A stretch of 64,000 nucleotides of DNA, taken from contig NC_043008.1 in the NCBI RefSeq assembly GCF_006345805.1, positions 75,950,001 to 76,014,000 on the forward strand, in the 5' to 3' direction. Position 1 is the stretch's first letter, and every line of letters begins with the position of its first letter. Below the pieces are notes generated by a model that was given only the letters and a program-made list of their open reading frames with translations, did no database searches and was not told the origin of the DNA. This DNA is from Octopus sinensis (taxonomy: Eukaryota). Shown here in pieces: positions 39,371 to 52,912 of the stretch. The translations under genes and the position numbers were made by a program.

Positions 39371-39770
39371 CTTTCTCTTTCTCTTTTACTTGTTTCAGTC
39401 ATTTGACTGCGGCCATGCTGGAGCACCGCCTTTAGTCGAGCAAATCGACCCCAGAACTTATTCTTTGTAAGCCCAGTACTTATTCTATCGGTCTCTTTTG
39501 CCGAACCGCTAAGTAACGGGGACGTAAACACACCAGCATCGGTTGTCAGGCAATGCTAGGGAGACAAACACAGACACACAAACACACACATATATATATA
39601 CATATATACGACAGGCTTCTTTCAGTTTCCGTCTACCAAATCCACTCACAAGGCATTGGTCAGCCCGGGGCTATAGCAGAAGACACTTGCCCAAGATGCC
39701 ACGCAGTGGGACTGAACCCGGAACCATGTGGTTGGTTAGCAAGCTACTTACCACACAGCCACTCCTGCGC
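39371..39770 (-). mobile_element. Full-length CORE-like tRNA-derived SINE
   Basis: Head GCGCAGGAGTGGCTGTGTGGTAAG (A box), GGGTTCAGTCCC (B box), CTTGGGCAAGTG core-like motif, internal (TA)/(TG) tract, AG-rich tail. Confidence 0.9.
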
Positions 39771-39940
39771 TATATATATATACATATAGATACATATATA
39801 TAGTTGAGGTAATGGTGTCATTGAGACCCAAACTTGTCAGGTAATGCTGAATAAGTGCTATAGACAGACCATAATTAAGTTCCAGATTTGGTAAATTTTG
39901 CGAATAAGGGCTTCAACGTTGGTTCTATATCAGCATGTGT

Positions 39941-40340
39941 ATATAAGAATCTTTTGCGTAATCAGATAAAAAGACAAAGGCTGTGTAGATATTAAAACAT
40001 TTATAGATAGAATGTCTTACAGCTGTTTCCAGGATATTTATTAATTATATCCCTTCATCGGAGTAGGTGTGAGAGGATAGTTAAGTCATAGGTAGTGATA
40101 CAAAATAGAGATTGAGGTAGAGCCGCATATCTAGCATCTATTTTCTTTCCTCCATCTCACTCTCTATTTTGTATATCTAAACTAACTATGACTTAACAAC
40201 TCTCTCACACCCTCTCCGAATAAGGGATAAAATTAATAAATATCCTGGAAACAGCTGTAAAACCTTCTATCTATATATGTTCTAATATCTACACAGCCTT
40301 GGGTTTTTTCATCACATTACGCATAAAATTCTTATATATA
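39941..40340. repeat. Diverged inverted repeat (~185-bp arms), each arm with an HHR motif
   Basis: 39941-40122 mirrors ~40150-40340; minus CCGATGA-A-GGGATAT..ATATCCT-G-GAAAC AGCT GTA at 40014-40061; plus copy at 40216-40259. Confidence 0.85.
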
Positions 40341-40542
40341 TGTTATATATATATATGCAATTGTTGTGTCTGAAGAGAGTCATTATGCTAATGTAGACGC
40401 TCTTATGATTTCATAATGCACACAAGCGGTTTCTGAAATTCATCGCATTTACATATGAAATATGGCAGCTTTGCTTTATATATAGTCATATGGGCACCTT
40501 CAGTCTAAGGCTTGCCTGTCAATGTATTCACAGTAATTATTA

Positions 40543-40628
<86 letters not shown>

Positions 40629-41136
40629 GAGTGAGAGAGCAGTTCATGCCATCAAAGTGACAGTGGGGTAAAATATACGAAGCCCAATATACCCATCATG
40701 ACTACCCGTCTGATAAGGGCACACCAGGCACATGCATCACAACCATATGTGCGCGGCATGGTGATCTCATATCAAGTTAAACTGTACATGACCTTGCAGG
40801 TGGGGCCCAGTTAGAATTTTCTTCAGGTTGAGTAGCCCATCCCGCTCAAAAGGTCCCTGAATAAGGGTTGTTTAAGGATGTTGAAAAACCCACCCATGTC
40901 TCCACAGGTGAATTATTCAAATCCCAAAGAATCCCTCTCAACACATGGCTATGATGCTCCCCCACTACTTCTGCTCGTGATCAGAGATGCACATATCGTC
41001 AGCCACTAAGGGACATGCTCAACTGGTTAAGGTCAAACAACTGACAAGCAAATCTGTGGTATTGAGCAGAATATTTGCTGTAGCCCATCTTTTATACCAA
41101 GACAGAACAATGTACATGATAACACTTCCAATCAGT
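40629..41136 (-). mobile_element. (TAA)n-associated non-coding element, slightly 5'-truncated
   Basis: Family copy flanked by (TTA)n. Confidence 0.9.
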
Positions 41137-41153
41137 TATTATTATTATTATTA

Positions 41154-41213
<60 letters not shown>

Positions 41214-41349
41214 AATATTATTATTATTATTATATTATTATTATTATTATTATTATATTATTATTATCATTATTAGTATTATTATGATAATCATTATTAT
41301 TATTATTATTTTTATTATTATTATTATTATTATCATTATTATTATTATT

Positions 41350-41875
41350 GAGTGAGATAGCAGTGCATGCCATCAAAGTGACAGTGGGGTAAAATATACA
41401 AAGTCCATTATACCAATGATGACTACTGGCCTGATAAGGGTACACTAAGAATATGCATCACAACCATATGTGCGTGACATAGTGATCTCATATCAAGATA
41501 AACAGCACATGACCTTGCAGATGGGGCCCAGTTAGAATTCTTCTCTGGTCGAGTAACCCATCTTACTCAAAAAGCCCCTGAATAAGGGTTGTTTAAGGAT
41601 GTTTAACAAAACACCTATGTTTCCAGAGGTGAATTATTCAAACCACAAAAAATCCCTCAAAGCACATGCCTAATATGCTCCCCCGCCTTTTCTACTCGTG
41701 ATCAGAGGTGCACATATCGGCAGCCACTAAGAGACGTCAAACAACTGAGAAGCAAATCTGTAGTATTGAGCAGAATATTTGCTGTAGCCATCTTTTATAG
41801 CAAGACAAAACAATGTACATTATAAGACTTCCAATCAGTTAAAACCAGAAGCCACGAGAGCCACTGCATCAGGGT
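41350..41875 (-). mobile_element. (TAA)n-associated non-coding element
   Basis: Family copy flanked by (TTA)n; small deletions. Confidence 0.9.
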
Positions 41876-41878
41876 ATG

Positions 41879-41945
<67 letters not shown>

Positions 41946-41950
41946 CATTA

Positions 41951-44900
41951 TGTTTTTTCCTTCTTTCCTCAAATTTTCTTCCGGTTCTCGCCGAGTGTTT
42001 TCCATACACCTAGGGCAGAGAAGCTCATTTTATGCATTCCCAGATTACACACGCAAATTCACAGACAAGATATGTATTGAAAAATTAATAACTAAATAAA
42101 TTCATGGATGGATGTTGTTTTCACAGCGATAATGCTCTTCTCAGTACATGATCCGTTCCAGTTAATACGATTTTTTGCACTTCATGTAGGGATGGTAAGC
42201 CTGGAATCATTTTCAAATAGCTTTCACTACCTTTTTTTATAATTCCTAGAGATCCTACAATCACTGGTACTGTAGTCGGCTTGAAATGCCACATTTTTTC
42301 AATTTCTATTAGCAGGTCTTTATACTTACTAATCTTGTCAAATCCTTTCGCCGCTATATTGTGATCGAAGGGATACTCATGTCAATTAATAAACACATCT
42401 TTTTTGTCTGATCTTTTATAACAATATCTGGTTTACTAGCTTTTATAGACCTGTCCGTCTGTACGGGGAAGTCCCGTAGAATCGACACATTTTCTCCCTC
42501 AGTCACAGCTTCAGGATGGTGTTGATTCCATTTGTCAGCGGTTTTGATTTTATAATGCCGACATATTGTCCAATGTAAATACTAGCCGACTCTGTCATTT
42601 CTTGCTTTATATTCTGCAGGTGCTAAGACTCTACACCCTGAGATTAGGTGGTCTATTTTTTTAATCTCATCGTTACAGAATCGGCATTTTGGGTCAGCTC
42701 CATTTTTTATCACATTGGCTTGGTAGTTCCGGGTTAACAAGCTTTGGTCTTGAGCAGCTAATATGAAACCTTCACTCTCTGCTTTTAGCCCTGAGCTTCG
42801 TAACCATCGGTGCGCGTGTTTCTGGTCAACATCAGCTTGTTTGCTACGGGCCACATACTTGCCATAGAGAGGTTTCTGTCCCCATCTGCTAGCTAATTTT
42901 TCACGTGCTTTTGTCTTTGCAATTAATTTTCTTTTCTTTGCAGCTGCAGTTGGCGCATTTCTGGTGGGTATCTAAGAGATCAGCAGCGAATTTGTTGCTC
43001 TCCTTGACAATAGAGTGAAGTTTCTCAGGTCTTTCATGTTTTGAAACAAGTTTTAGCATCCAATCGTTGGTTGCTTCAAGGTATTTGGCCAGTCCGATTG
43101 TGGTGGTTTTGTATGTAAGTTCAAGCTGGATCACACCCCGGCCTCCCTGAGCTCTGGGAAGGTAAAGGCGATCCACGTCTGCCTTTGGATGGTGCATCTT
43201 ATTACAAGTCAGTAGCTTGCGGATTTTTCTGTCAATTTTTATTGTTTTAATGGTATTCCAGTTAAACGTTGAAGCTATAAAGAACAACTGGTACTGCTAA
43301 GGAATTTATGGCTAAAACCTTATTATATGCATTCAGCTCAGACTTCAGGACTGCTCGTACTCTTCTATAACATTCCTTCCTAACCTTCTCTTTCATGCTT
43401 GCATGCTGGATACCAGAGCATTCAGTTATTCCAAGGTATTTATAGGTCTGTTCCTGCTCAAGTTTCTTTGTTACTGTTTCGACATCTAATTCCATTGAAC
43501 TAGACTTTACCAATTTCCCTTTCTTAAAAATGGCTTTGGCACACTTTTCAAGGCCAAACTCCATCCCGATATCATCACTGAATCCTTTCACGGTATGTAA
43601 TAATCTTTCAAGCTCTTCGTTATTTGTACCATACAGCTTTAAATCATCCTTATAAAGTAGATGGCTTATTTTCCTGTTGTCAATTTTGTAGCCATATCCT
43701 ATTCTATTCAGTTCACTTGAGAGTAGTATTAGTGCTATGCAGAAAATTAGTGGTGAAAGTGAGTCACCTTGGAAAATTCCACAGTTTATGCTAATGTTTT
43801 TTGAGCGCAATACTCCATTCAAATGATATAATTGGAGATTCGTGTTCCATAGTGATATATTATACTTTAAAAAATCTGAAATCACAGGAGAAAGTTTGAA
43901 ACTGGCCAACGATTTCAAAATCTACGAATGCGGTATGCTGTCAAAGGCTTTTTTATAATCAATCCATGAAGAGCTGAGATTTCTGCGCTTGTTACGGCAG
44001 TTCTCAAGGAACATGCGATTAATTAGGAGCTGATCTTTGCATCCGTATGAGCCTCGTCTACATCCTTTTTGTTCAGTGTGAAACGTATGTTTTCTCTACT
44101 AGAATAGACGTCAAATCTTATGGTAGTAGATAATCAGGTTATAGGCCGGTAGTTTTTTGGGTCTTTCGTTTTGTTATTTTCGGGGAGGAGATAAGTAATA
44201 CCATTTGCCATCTTCGAGTCTGTCATAATACTATTAAATAGTATTACTAATATTTTGTGTTCGGACGAGAGTTATGAGAGCCAGAAATTTGGTACTCTAT
44301 CAATACAAGGGGATTTCTACTTATAAGCCTTCGTTAGTGCCCTCCTTATGTCGGCGATTGAGATGTTTTCCCACACCTGTTCTTATAGACTTTTGTAGTC
44401 ATCTTGAGTGCGTTTGATCCACTCTGCAGTTTCATTGTATGGTTTCTCATCACTCCAGATCCCCTTCCAAAACTTTTCAACTTCTCCCATTAGGGGTGGA
44501 TTTTCAATGGTTATTTTTTTCTTTCCCTATTTCCCTGTAAAATTTTTTGGCATTGGATTTGAACATCTTATTTTGTTTGTAGAATTTGATTCTTTTCTCA
44601 AATCTGCGTATTCTCTGAGCTTTTGCTTGAACTTTCTATTTAAGTGTTTCTTTCGCTGACATTAGTTCATCTATTGTTGAGTGTCCATATTTTCTCACAA
44701 TCCTCCTGCCTTTTCTTGATCTTACATCATTTCCAGAGATTAGCTCAGTTAATATTGATATCTCCCTTCGCAATGATTCAATTTTAGTTTCAATTCTACT
44801 CCTCCAGTTTGATTTTCTTTTCGAATTTGGTATTGTTGGCTTTTTGGGTGTTAAGCATCGTCTTTTGATTACCTTAGCCACAGAGTTAATAATTTGATTT

Positions 44901-45510
44901 AATTTATTAAGATGTTTTTTCTACGGTCATTATACTTTACTTTTTCTTCAGGATCTTGAGTCGCTTCGGCAGATGGTCGCCTTTCAGACAATGCTTGTGG
45001 TCCAAAATTCCTCTCCTCAACTTCGTTATTTCTTTCCTGACTTAAATTTAGGTCACTCTCTACATCTTTTTTAATAGAGGTTAATTATGCATCTGTGAGT
45101 CTGGTATTTCTGCAGATATCTCTTCTAACATTTGCTAATCTGTTTTCATCCAGGTTTGGTCTGCTAGCTGGAACCCGGCTCCTCCATATTCTGTAGGAGT
45201 TTGTTGTGTGTTTTTCTTGGGTTGGCCTACTTAATGCAAAGTAATAAGCATATATTACTTCTTTATATTCTTCCCGGTTCCATTTAGTTCTTTTACTTTT
45301 TTGATTTTCTGGTCGTTGTGGTGGTGAATTTTGGGGGCTTAATTTGAGACAAATCCCGTTTAAGTGACCTTCCAGATTCGTTTTCGCGGAAGAGATTCTG
45401 CCATTATACAGGCGCGCTTCCTGTATAATCATTGGACATGCGATTCGGTGTACTGTTAGAAATTTTCTTTTCAAGAAAAGTTAAATTATTATTAAATTTT
45501 CATTTTAAAA
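41951..45510 (-). mobile_element. R4/Dong-like LINE, subfamily A, near full length, decayed (copy 2)
   Basis: ORF fragments 45085, 44636, 43262, 42901 and 42582 are homologous to copy 1; RT YKDD (mutated), CCHC, RLE; (AAT)n tail. Confidence 0.95.
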
Positions 45511-45627
45511 AAATTACCACTAATCTTCATAGAGGGGCCTCAGTCACCATCATTAGCATCAGCAGCCCCATTAGTTGTACCAGCAGCAATATCATTGTCA
45601 GCAGCAGCAGCGCTAGTGGTTGTAGCA

Positions 45628-45681
<54 letters not shown>

Positions 45682-45738
45682 ATTATTATTAATATTAATA
45701 TTATTAATATTATTATTATTATTATTGTTGTTGTTGTT

Positions 45739-45813
45739 CAGGTCACTACTTGAAATCTTGGGATTAGTAGCCCATGCTCTTAACCCAAGGGCATATGGCG
45801 TAGTGAGCTGCCC
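45739..45813. mobile_element. Split, inverted tRNA-like SINE head
   Basis: Plus 45789-45805 GGGCATATGGCGTAGTG (acceptor stem and A box); minus 45785-45739 GGTTAAGAGCATGGGCTACTAATCCCAAG (end of D arm plus anticodon arm). Confidence 0.6.
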
Positions 45814-45862
<49 letters not shown>

Positions 45863-45876
45863 TTAATAATATTAAT

Positions 45877-45919
<43 letters not shown>

Positions 45920-45944
45920 TAATAATAATAATAATAACAATAAT

Positions 45945-46018
<74 letters not shown>

Positions 46019-46041
46019 TAATACTAATAATAATAATAATG

Positions 46042-46097
<56 letters not shown>

Positions 46098-46146
46098 TTC
46101 GAAAAATACCTTAACAATGAGAACCTAGGTCTGAAATTTCCCCCAG

Positions 46147-46192
46147 GACACCTGAAGAAGGCTGGAGGGTATATCAGCCGAAACGTTGTGTT
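46147..46192 (+). ncRNA. Minimal hammerhead with an extra A after A9
   Basis: GACAC-CTGAAGA-A-GGCTG gagggtatat CAGCC-GAAAC GTT-GTGTT: stem I GACAC/GTGTT, 5-bp stem II, loopless palindromic AACGTT stem III. Confidence 0.75.
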
Positions 46193-46269
46193 AGCAAAAA
46201 ACAAGATGAGGACAAATATTTGTCGAATGTAAATAATGTACATAATTCCACATCTCTTAAATATAGAAC

Positions 46270-46339
<70 letters not shown>

Positions 46340-46342
46340 TTT

Positions 46343-47223
<881 letters not shown>

Positions 47224-47248
47224 TATTATTATTATTATTATTATTAAT

Positions 47249-47279
<31 letters not shown>

Positions 47280-47282
47280 TTA

Positions 47283-47344
<62 letters not shown>

Positions 47345-47355
47345 TTATTATTACT

Positions 47356-47912
47356 GAGTAAAAACTAGTGCTTGTCATCAAAGTGACACTGGGATAAAAT
47401 ACACGAAGCCCTGTATACCCATTACGACTATCCGTCTGATAAAGATACACCAGACTGATGCATTACAACCGTAGGTGCGCGACATGGTGAACTCATATCA
47501 AGATAAACAGCGTATGACCTTGTAGGTGGGGCACAGTTAGAATTTTCTTCATATCGAGTAGCCCATCCGACTCAAAAGTTCCCTGAATAAGAGTTGTTTA
47601 AGGATGTTGAACGAAAAACCCATGTTTCCAAAGGTGTATCATCAAAATCCCTTAAGAATACCTCTCAACACATGGCTATGATATCCCCCAGTTCTTCTTC
47701 TTGTGACCAGAGATGCCTTTATCATCAGCGACTAAGTGACATGCTCAAGTGGTTAAGGTCAAACAACTGACAAGCAAATCTGTGGTATTGAGCAGAATAT
47801 TTACTGTAGCCCATACCAAGGAAAACCTATGTATATGTTCACACACCCAATCAATTAAGAAAGGAAGCCATGAAAGCCACGGATTCTCATCTTAACTGAT
47901 TGGAAGTGTTAT
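47356..47912 (-). mobile_element. (TAA)n-associated non-coding element, diverged, with a short inverted 5' piece
   Basis: Family copy to ~47880; ~47886-47912 (tcttaactgattggaagtgttat) is an inverted copy of the head. Confidence 0.85.
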
Positions 47913-47937
47913 GTTGTTATTACTAATACTACTACTA

Positions 47938-47975
<38 letters not shown>

Positions 47976-48049
47976 TTCATATACACTCAACAGATTAGAC
48001 GGTTCGAAAACAAAAAAAAATTGTAACATGGGTCTACAATAAAAAATAG

Positions 48050-48410
48050 ATGACAAGAACTAAGTATCCCAGCTGTCCCTAATAATACTGTTTTCCAAAG
48101 CTGCACTAAACTGGACTTTACGCCTATTTCCTCTATCTATCTGTTCAAATCTTTAAGTATATTTTCACAATACACCTATAACTACTGTGATACATTTTAC
48201 CCACACTTTCCAGTCTCTGTAATTCGTTAGCTAGGTCCCGGTATGTTGCTATTTTTTTATACTTATATTAACTTTGCCATCATTTGGTATTGTAAAATCA
48301 ATTACCTGGCACTTTCTATTCTCTTCATCTACTACTACCAAATGAGGCCTTCTAGTTTCTATTACTCTGTCAGACTGAATGTCGAAGTCCCACAACATCT
48401 TATTTTTCTT
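48050..48410 (-). mobile_element. R4/Dong-like RLE endonuclease fragment, third subfamily
   Basis: MLWDFDIQSDRVIETRRPHLVVVDEENRKCQVIDFTIPND; downstream LWKTVLLGTAGIL. Confidence 0.8.
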
Positions 48411-51400
48411 ACTTCCTAGTACTTCACTATTTTCATCTTCATGCAGTTTCTCAGCATGTCTAAATATGTATTCAATAATAAGGGATTTCTCTATATTTAT
48501 TCCAAGGCAGTCTCTCTTTCCGAATGGCATTGCATATTGTTTTTGCGATAGCGTCGTGTCGCATAGGGAGATAGCCCCTTGTTTTTCTTTTTATGCAAAT
48601 GCTAATCACTTGCGGTATGACTTCCACAGAAATATGATGTAATGTACATAACCTACTTTTGGAACTACAAACCTGGTTTCTTTCCCGAGTTCACTGTTTT
48701 AACCCTATCAAAACTACAGTTAATCCTACGCCAGTGACATTATTTACTCTTTAACTAGTGGTTATGAGTGGGCACTACAGAATTTTCAGAAGTTGCCATA
48801 TCTACAGAGGCAGAGCAATTTTGAGTCCATGTAAAAATTTGTCTGCGACCACAAAATATCCGGTCACTATAGATGACTACGAGAAGTATTGGCTAGGACT
48901 TTATTGTCTGTAAGTTTATGTACTCATTTCACAACTATTCTGAAACACAGTATCTCTTCCACACACATGTACACACACACACACACACGCATATATAATT
49001 TTATGCTTGCATTATTCCATTAGTTATTCGTTTTTTTTGTTTTTTTTGCGCCTAATATTTTTAGGTTAGTGTTTGCAGCAGTCAAGCAGTCGTGTTGGTT
49101 CTTTTGATGTACTTCTTGTCCTTCATGCTGTTGTTGTAATCGCCGTAATTTAATTTTTGTCCCTGCGTGTGTTATAATTTCCTCACGTCCCCCCAGCAAC
49201 TTCAGTTAATATGTGAGTAATATAATTCATTGAAACCTTTATGTACAACCTTTCACAAAGACAAATACTGTATGGTCTGTAAGGATAGGAGCCACTGTAT
49301 ATGTAGAGCACAAGAGTGTAATCATGATTTAAATAAAGGTGAACTTCCAGAATTCTCATCGGATTGTCGTGATCGGAAAATTATTTACATTGGTTGAATT
49401 TGTGTATGTAGTAGGTACACAAAGGAACAGGAAAGGGGGGTTTAAGTGGAGTGTTTTTCCTGTGTTTACGGAACCTTTGTGTTTGAATCGCAAGGAAATA
49501 TCTTATACGCACTAAATAATCACAAACTAAATGCTAAGTTGGTAAAGGAAACCAAAATTTGTCCACCATGTAATGACATATGCAGATCACTTCAAATAAC
49601 TAGTCTTGTTTAATATCAAAGTTGAAAATCAAACATATGATGAGTGAATACAATTGTGGAGATAATTGTTTTAACCTTTAATCCCGGTATATTCTAGAAT
49701 AATCTGTCAAGTTTATATGTTTTATTCTGTATTGTTATAAGACGTTTTGTAGCATTATTTTCTCCGAAGCAATACATTAAGCAATTACCTTTGCTATTCT
49801 TGAGACTGTCTTAACGACTTAATATCAAACTTATATAAAACTTTAGTCGCCCACCTTAGTAACAAGTTTTGAAAGTTCTAATAAATTGCAATAAAATTTT
49901 CTTAACTTCGTTTTTAATCTACTTTCCAAGTACATTTTTTAAACGTGTACTCTTGATAATGTTTGAGGCGGTTGATATGTGTTCATGTGTGAGTGTGGTT
50001 TTTTATGTTCTGAGATTGGGATAAATTCCTTTTGTTTATGAAAATAAATGAGAATTTTGTGCGGGATAAAATATGTTGGTACAAACTGTATTGTAGTCAA
50101 ATCAGAAAATCCAACAATAATATAAAATTCTGACAATGATGTGAAGAGGAAGTTGTGAACTTATTGCCTTTCCTTAAACACAAACGAGAAGGCATTTGAA
50201 CAGTGTTATCAAAATGTATAACGACGATATATTTTGACTCAACTCTTACTGCTATGTGAGAACAAAGTGAAGAATCTTTTCTTATCTGCATAACGGATTA
50301 AGTGTACTGTGAACGTTATCCAAAACCGGATTGGAATGGACATGCATCATTTTATTGTTTCTAGAACCTTTTAGCTGTGTACTTTCGAATAATATTGTGT
50401 TGATAACACAGAAATCGAAGTTGGTAATTCTTGATTCCATAGCCTCTGTCCAGTCTGGACTCCAAATTCTATACACAGTCTACCGGGCACACCACTTTCT
50501 ATACTTATTGTAACGTAGCATAATTAATGAGCGGAAATAGATACAGATTTGCTGAACTGTCAGGGCATCCTTCCTTCGATTTCGGTGTTCAGTTTATTTA
50601 CTGAGGTCTGATAAACAATTGGAGATAGACTAGCAATATATCTAGCAGCTGATTTATCTAGCATACTGTTTTGAGAGCATGCAAAGTGGGAGGAGCAATA
50701 ATACGTGGAAAGGGATAAGCTCTGAAATCCTTATCCTTGTGATACAGAAACATACATATTTTTTGCATATAAGTAACAAGTAAGCAAAGTCTTCGGCTAA
50801 AAATGAGATATTAAAGAGATACAATATAATTCTTTTACTTATGAAACCAAGGAGAGCCCTATGAGAACATCTTACAAATTAAGTATCACTGTCGAATCGA
50901 AAGGTGTAACATTTGGTAAGCCATATGTGAAAGCGACATATACATAAGCACATTAACCTATAAATCGATAGTACCATCTGAACCAGCCAGCGATGATATG
51001 CAAAAATTGATTATATTTTCTAAAATAACGATACTCTGCCACCATGATAATGTTATTACTGAAAGACTATACATTTTTTAATGACATAATCAAGGATATT
51101 TCTGTACAGAAAATACATTAAAGAAACCAATGAACGTTACTTTCCTTCCAATGAATTTTGAACACATTTTAATTTTCCGAAATTAAATACGCAAAGTTAT
51201 TCCACTGTTTCCAATAATCTGCGTTCTCCGAAGCGAAAAATGAATTATAAGAATAGTCTGTATGGAAGGAAACTCCTTATGTAATATAGATTCAGAATAG
51301 GATTCCGTTGGAATCTTGATTTTCTATATGATCTTATAGAGTGAACAGCCAGATCCCATAGAAAGATAAACAACAGAGACAAAGAACTCACTAAAACACA

Positions 51401-52429
51401 CACATACGTAACCTAAAATCATGCTATTATTGTGATAAACGCATGGAATAGAAACAAAGACGCTATGTGAAAAATCATGTTCTTGTTTGTCTATTTTAAA
51501 AATTACTAAATTTGGTTGGTAACAAGTTTTGTCGTTTCACAAAAGTTTTAACAGGCTTGTATTATTCATGCATATAAACCTTTAATTTTAACATTTTGTA
51601 TAAAACAAAATGCATCATGTAAAATCAAAAGTAAATAAATAGAATGGAAGTTGGTCGAATTGTTGTAGAATTTTTTATTATGAAAATTTTTCTTAAAGAA
51701 GCCTAATTTCAAATACTTTATTTCACAGAGAGTCATTTTTATTTGACTCTAAATTATTTGTTGAAAGTTAGAAAGTTATAGAAGTATTTATGCATTATTT
51801 AAATTACTCGAGCGTTTTCCAGGGTATCGTTTCAGTTTTCCAGCATAAATTTCAATGGTTATATATGACTAATGGATATAGACATTAAGTTATTAATATT
51901 TCTATTCGTTTTTTCCTGTGTGAGATAGGCACATAAGCAGAAATAGAACATCGACTCTGAATTATTTATATTATTCAGTGACATTTCACTGCGTAAAATC
52001 ATATCGATGGCTAATTTACATTTTATTGCGTCAAGTCCAATTTATTGTTTATTCACTTTTCTCATCTTCATTCAAATATGAATATAGATATCTCAACAAC
52101 AGCGTATATAGTTTCTTTTTAAAATATTGCAAATTAAAGATATACATAAGGTTCAGAAATTTTGAAAAGATGTTATGAAAAAGATTGGTTTGATTGAACT
52201 CAAACAATTATTAATCTTATTTGTATAACTCATACAAAACAAATAGCACATGTGCTCCAACTCATACCATATACTTTAGTAGTTATCCAATAAGGTATAC
52301 CTTATAAAATACGAAATATGCAATAACTAACTGTATATAAACAATGGTAATAATATATATTGTGTAAACAAGAACAAATACTATAATACATATGATACAC
52401 AAACTGTACGTTATAAACTGGTACACACG

Positions 52430-52466
<37 letters not shown>

Positions 52467-52468
<2 letters not shown>

Positions 52469-52820
52469 CTGTCATAGCCGGAAGTAAACCCCGACAGAAA
52501 ATCCGGAGCTGGAGTCCCTAAGGCAGCCTGACACAACACGACATCACCGGCAACTCCTGCGACGCATCTGGTACCAAGCTGTATCGACCCGTCGTTCCCT
52601 TGGAGCTACCAGCTGCGTGGAGAGGGTGGGATCAAACTGCATGGGCAACAGCTGAACCCTCATACAAACCTGCCCAGGCCTTGTAGCTCAACAGGAAGAG
52701 GAAAAGATGTGGTAGAGACTGCCACTCGATGACTGGACTGCACAGTCACACCAGGAAGTGCAGATAACCCACCACCTTTTCCGAACTACACCATCGCCTC
52801 TCGAGACGGACGGATTCCGA

Positions 52821-52823
<3 letters not shown>
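52467..52823 (+). mobile_element. GC-rich non-autonomous element (RTE 5'-UTR-like) inserted in (TA)n
   Basis: Sharp GC-rich island with (TA)n on both sides; GCATGGGCAACAGC...ACAAACCTGCCCAGG resembles RTE 5' regions (from recall). Confidence 0.5.

Positions 52824-52912
<89 letters not shown>

Noticed and set aside
45739-45813. Functional tRNA gene
   Set aside because: Split across two orientations, T arm/B box largely deleted, atypical ACT anticodon.
50282-50476. RIWSPD as the Cys-loop receptor IWxPD motif
   Set aside because: No Cys-loop or transmembrane pattern follows; the match is too short.
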